This document shows, one piece after another, positions 22,248 to 24,000 of a DNA stretch of 24,000 bases (positions within the stretch are counted from its first letter, which is position 1; each line of letters begins with the position of its first letter). Where the stretch lies: positions 1-24,000 of the forward strand of contig JAGVDA010000013.1 in assembly GCA_020058975.1 (NCBI GenBank), written 5' to 3'. The notes below the pieces were generated by a model that was not told where the DNA came from, did no database searches, and saw only the letters and a list, made by a program, of their open reading frames with translations. The DNA comes from Thermosynechococcus sp. WC_1 (GTDB lineage: Bacteria > Cyanobacteriota > Cyanobacteriia > Thermosynechococcales > Thermosynechococcaceae). Position numbers and translations under genes: made by a program.

Positions 22248-22697
22248 ATGAATAACGCAGTAATCCAAGGCACGATCGCTACACAACCCGAACTCAATAC
22301 TACAAATACTCAAAAACAATTGGCTACATTCACCCTATCATTCCCTGCATTAAAGGATGGGGATGCGACAGAAACGATCGCGGCGATCACCTGGGGAGAA
22401 CTAGCAACGACTGTGATGAAGTATCGTGAAGGCCAAAGCGTGATTGCTGAAGGTCGAATAGCAATCAAGAAAGTTGATAGGGATAATGGTGTCAAAGCCA
22501 CAGTAGTTGAATTTATTCTCGGTCGAGTGCATTTTATTGGAAATGCTGAAGCTCCTGCATTTACTCCTGTTGCTTCAGTACCCAAAGCGCCTTCTGTAGA
22601 TCCTACGCCAGTTACACCAGTGGGAGCGATCGCATCTAAAGCAGCTCCTGAAATCCCAGCAGATTATGAACCAAATTATGACGATATTCCTTTTTAG
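22248..22697 (+). CDS. ssb: single-stranded DNA-binding protein paralog with Pro/Ala-rich linker and canonical DDIPF tip (149 aa)
   Basis: MNNAVIQGTIATQPEL... OB-fold pattern. C-terminus is YDDIPF. Confidence 0.75.
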   Translation: MNNAVIQGTIATQPELNTTNTQKQLATFTLSFPALKDGDATETIAAITWGELATTVMKYREGQSVIAEGRIAIKKVDRDNGVKATVVEFILGRVHFIGNAEAPAFTPVASVPKAPSVDPTPVTPVGAIASKAAPEIPADYEPNYDDIPF

Positions 22698-22705
22698 CAA
22701 AGATC

Positions 22706-23185
22706 ATGACAACGCAACTCCTTCCCAGCCCAAAAAGTAGCGCAGAACATGCGCAAGCATTTGCCAGCCTTCACAAAACGATCGCATCTTTCACAAAAGC
22801 CAACAAGGGCGAGATGGGCCGTGGGTTTGCCTACAACGAGGTTCCCAGCGCAGACCTGTTTTTTGTACCACTGTCGGAATTTGAAGAGGCTGGGCCGGAA
22901 ATGATTGGCATCAACAATGATTTATATGCGCAGCTTGTTGACCTGCTGAGGACTTACAACATCGATCAGGAATACGTTTCAGTCATCAAGATAATCCAGG
23001 GCGATGTAACTCGGTTCATCACTCAAACAGGGTCGCTAGACGAGGACGCATGGCAAGAAATTATCTCCGAAGAGGAGATAAAGCGACGGGATGCGATCGC
23101 ACTCAAGGCAAGAGCCGCCGCACATCTTGAAAAACTGCGATCGGGTAGGGCAAAAAAGAAGGGGAAAGCAGCCAAGTCAAGGTAG
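22706..23185 (+). CDS. hypothetical protein (159 aa) with Lys-rich tail
   Basis: Track ORF. Confidence 0.5.
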   Translation: MTTQLLPSPKSSAEHAQAFASLHKTIASFTKANKGEMGRGFAYNEVPSADLFFVPLSEFEEAGPEMIGINNDLYAQLVDLLRTYNIDQEYVSVIKIIQGDVTRFITQTGSLDEDAWQEIISEEEIKRRDAIALKARAAAHLEKLRSGRAKKKGKAAKSR

Positions 23186-23806
23186 GCGTTCCAGGGATCG
23201 ATTGGCCAACAGACGCACTTTTGCATCTAAATTTTGCAACAAATCGACTTCGCCCATCTGCCAGCGCACCATGCGATCGCCCTCCAGGAAACCAATTGCC
23301 TCAAGCATAAAAATCCCGATGTGATTTCGGTTTTCAAGCTGGGTATAAACTTGGAGTCCTTTGTTGTCAAAGTTTTTAGCAAAAATCAGCATCGGGAATA
23401 TATCGGCAGCTTTTGCCGCATAATAATCCCAAGCTTCCACAGCAAGATCCCCAGCAATTGGGCCAGGCGGCAACTTATTGGGCGAGGCTAATGCTCGGTT
23501 TTTAGGGGGCATTAAAGCTAGGTGCCCCGCCTCGTGTAGTAGCTGCCCCACATCTACGCTGTTTTTGCGGTAAACAAGGGTGCTGTTTTCAATCCAGCAC
23601 CACGGGAAAAAGGTTTCGGGGGGCTTCCGCTCTGTCGGGGGCGATTCTCGTAATGGGATTTTGATCTTTTTCAGAAAGGCGATCGCTTTTCTTAGATCTT
23701 TGTAGCGATCGGCTTTTGGGTAGTGCAGGCTATCTAGCCAAGAATCGGTTTCGCAATTTTTATCTTTCAAGTCAATAATGTCAGACAATTTTTCTAATGC
23801 AGTCAA
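23177..23806 (-). CDS. HExxH-motif protein (209 aa), putative metallopeptidase
   Basis: HEAGH motif. TTG start with AGGAGA 6 nt upstream. Lies downstream of, and co-oriented with, a partial XRE gene. Confidence 0.5.
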   Translation of the reverse strand: MTALEKLSDIIDLKDKNCETDSWLDSLHYPKADRYKDLRKAIAFLKKIKIPLRESPPTERKPPETFFPWCWIENSTLVYRKNSVDVGQLLHEAGHLALMPPKNRALASPNKLPPGPIAGDLAVEAWDYYAAKAADIFPMLIFAKNFDNKGLQVYTQLENRNHIGIFMLEAIGFLEGDRMVRWQMGEVDLLQNLDAKVRLLANRSLERLP

Positions 23807-23882
23807 GGGAGTTCTCCTACTAGTTTTTATGGGTCTTGCTCGGTTGACATACTCCCCAGCCCTAAAGGAACGGGGATTCTAG

Positions 23883-24000
23883 TTACTGACTCAACGAAGT
23901 CCACTTGCTATTGTCGATTTCCGGTAAATCTGGCGTATGCGGAAGCAAATCATTAGTCCCGCATTTGAGTGCGTTACAGAGCGCATTGAGCGTTTCTGTA
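23883..24000 (-). CDS. C-terminal part of an XRE-type HTH regulator (N-terminus beyond the right window edge)
   Basis: Hand translation ...TETLNALCNALKCGTNDLLPHTPDLPEIDNSKWTSLSQ*, stop at 23883-23885. TLNALCNALKCGTNDLL is the typical third-helix/C-terminal region of Cro/C1 HTH proteins. Confidence 0.45.
   Translation of the reverse strand, partial: TETLNALCNALKCGTNDLLPHTPDLPEIDNSKWTSLSQ

Noticed and set aside
23840-23880. CCCC...GGGG hairpin after the partial XRE gene, considered as a tRNA fragment, attachment site or terminator
   Set aside because: There is no cloverleaf or T-arm consensus, the stem is short and interrupted, and no T-tract follows on the minus strand. Evidence is insufficient for any call.

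Overview
The sequence is rich in HIP1 (GCGATCGC), so it is almost certainly cyanobacterial. The gene content fits a mobile replicon (conjugative plasmid or ICE-like element), not core chromosome. Left end: part of a type IV secretion locus, with a VirB2-like pilin followed by a VirB3-VirB4 fusion ATPase that runs off the window. That ORF is missing from the supplied track because it has no stop codon in the window. Next comes a long, translationally coupled minus-strand gene train: orphan Dam-type methyltransferase, MerR-type HTH, two secreted proteins, VRR-NUC nuclease, and a Toprim primase/DnaB-type helicase. At 9.6-11.2 kb sits an apparently intact IscB (OMEGA RNA-guided nuclease) IS element with a ~270 nt structured upstream non-coding region, a candidate omegaRNA. 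It lies between the primase-helicase and a putative initiator gene that carries six 21-bp-phased iteron-like repeats inside its own coding sequence. A 234-bp internally deleted derivative of a diverged IscB element lies just upstream of that gene, and a third, orphan copy of the element-end hairpin module lies at 2.8 kb. The 12.7-15.5 kb region is an ORFan operon behind a Ner-like/XRE divergent switch. The 16.5-23.2 kb region is a plus-strand operon: XRE regulator, element-encoded beta clamp, macro domain, lipoprotein, HTH-Nudix, a multi-wHTH protein and two tandem SSB paralogs. Right end: an HExxH protein and a partial XRE gene. I saw no rRNA, tRNA, CRISPR array, tnpA, relaxase or integrase. 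All functional calls come from motif recognition by eye; no database search or folding computation was possible.
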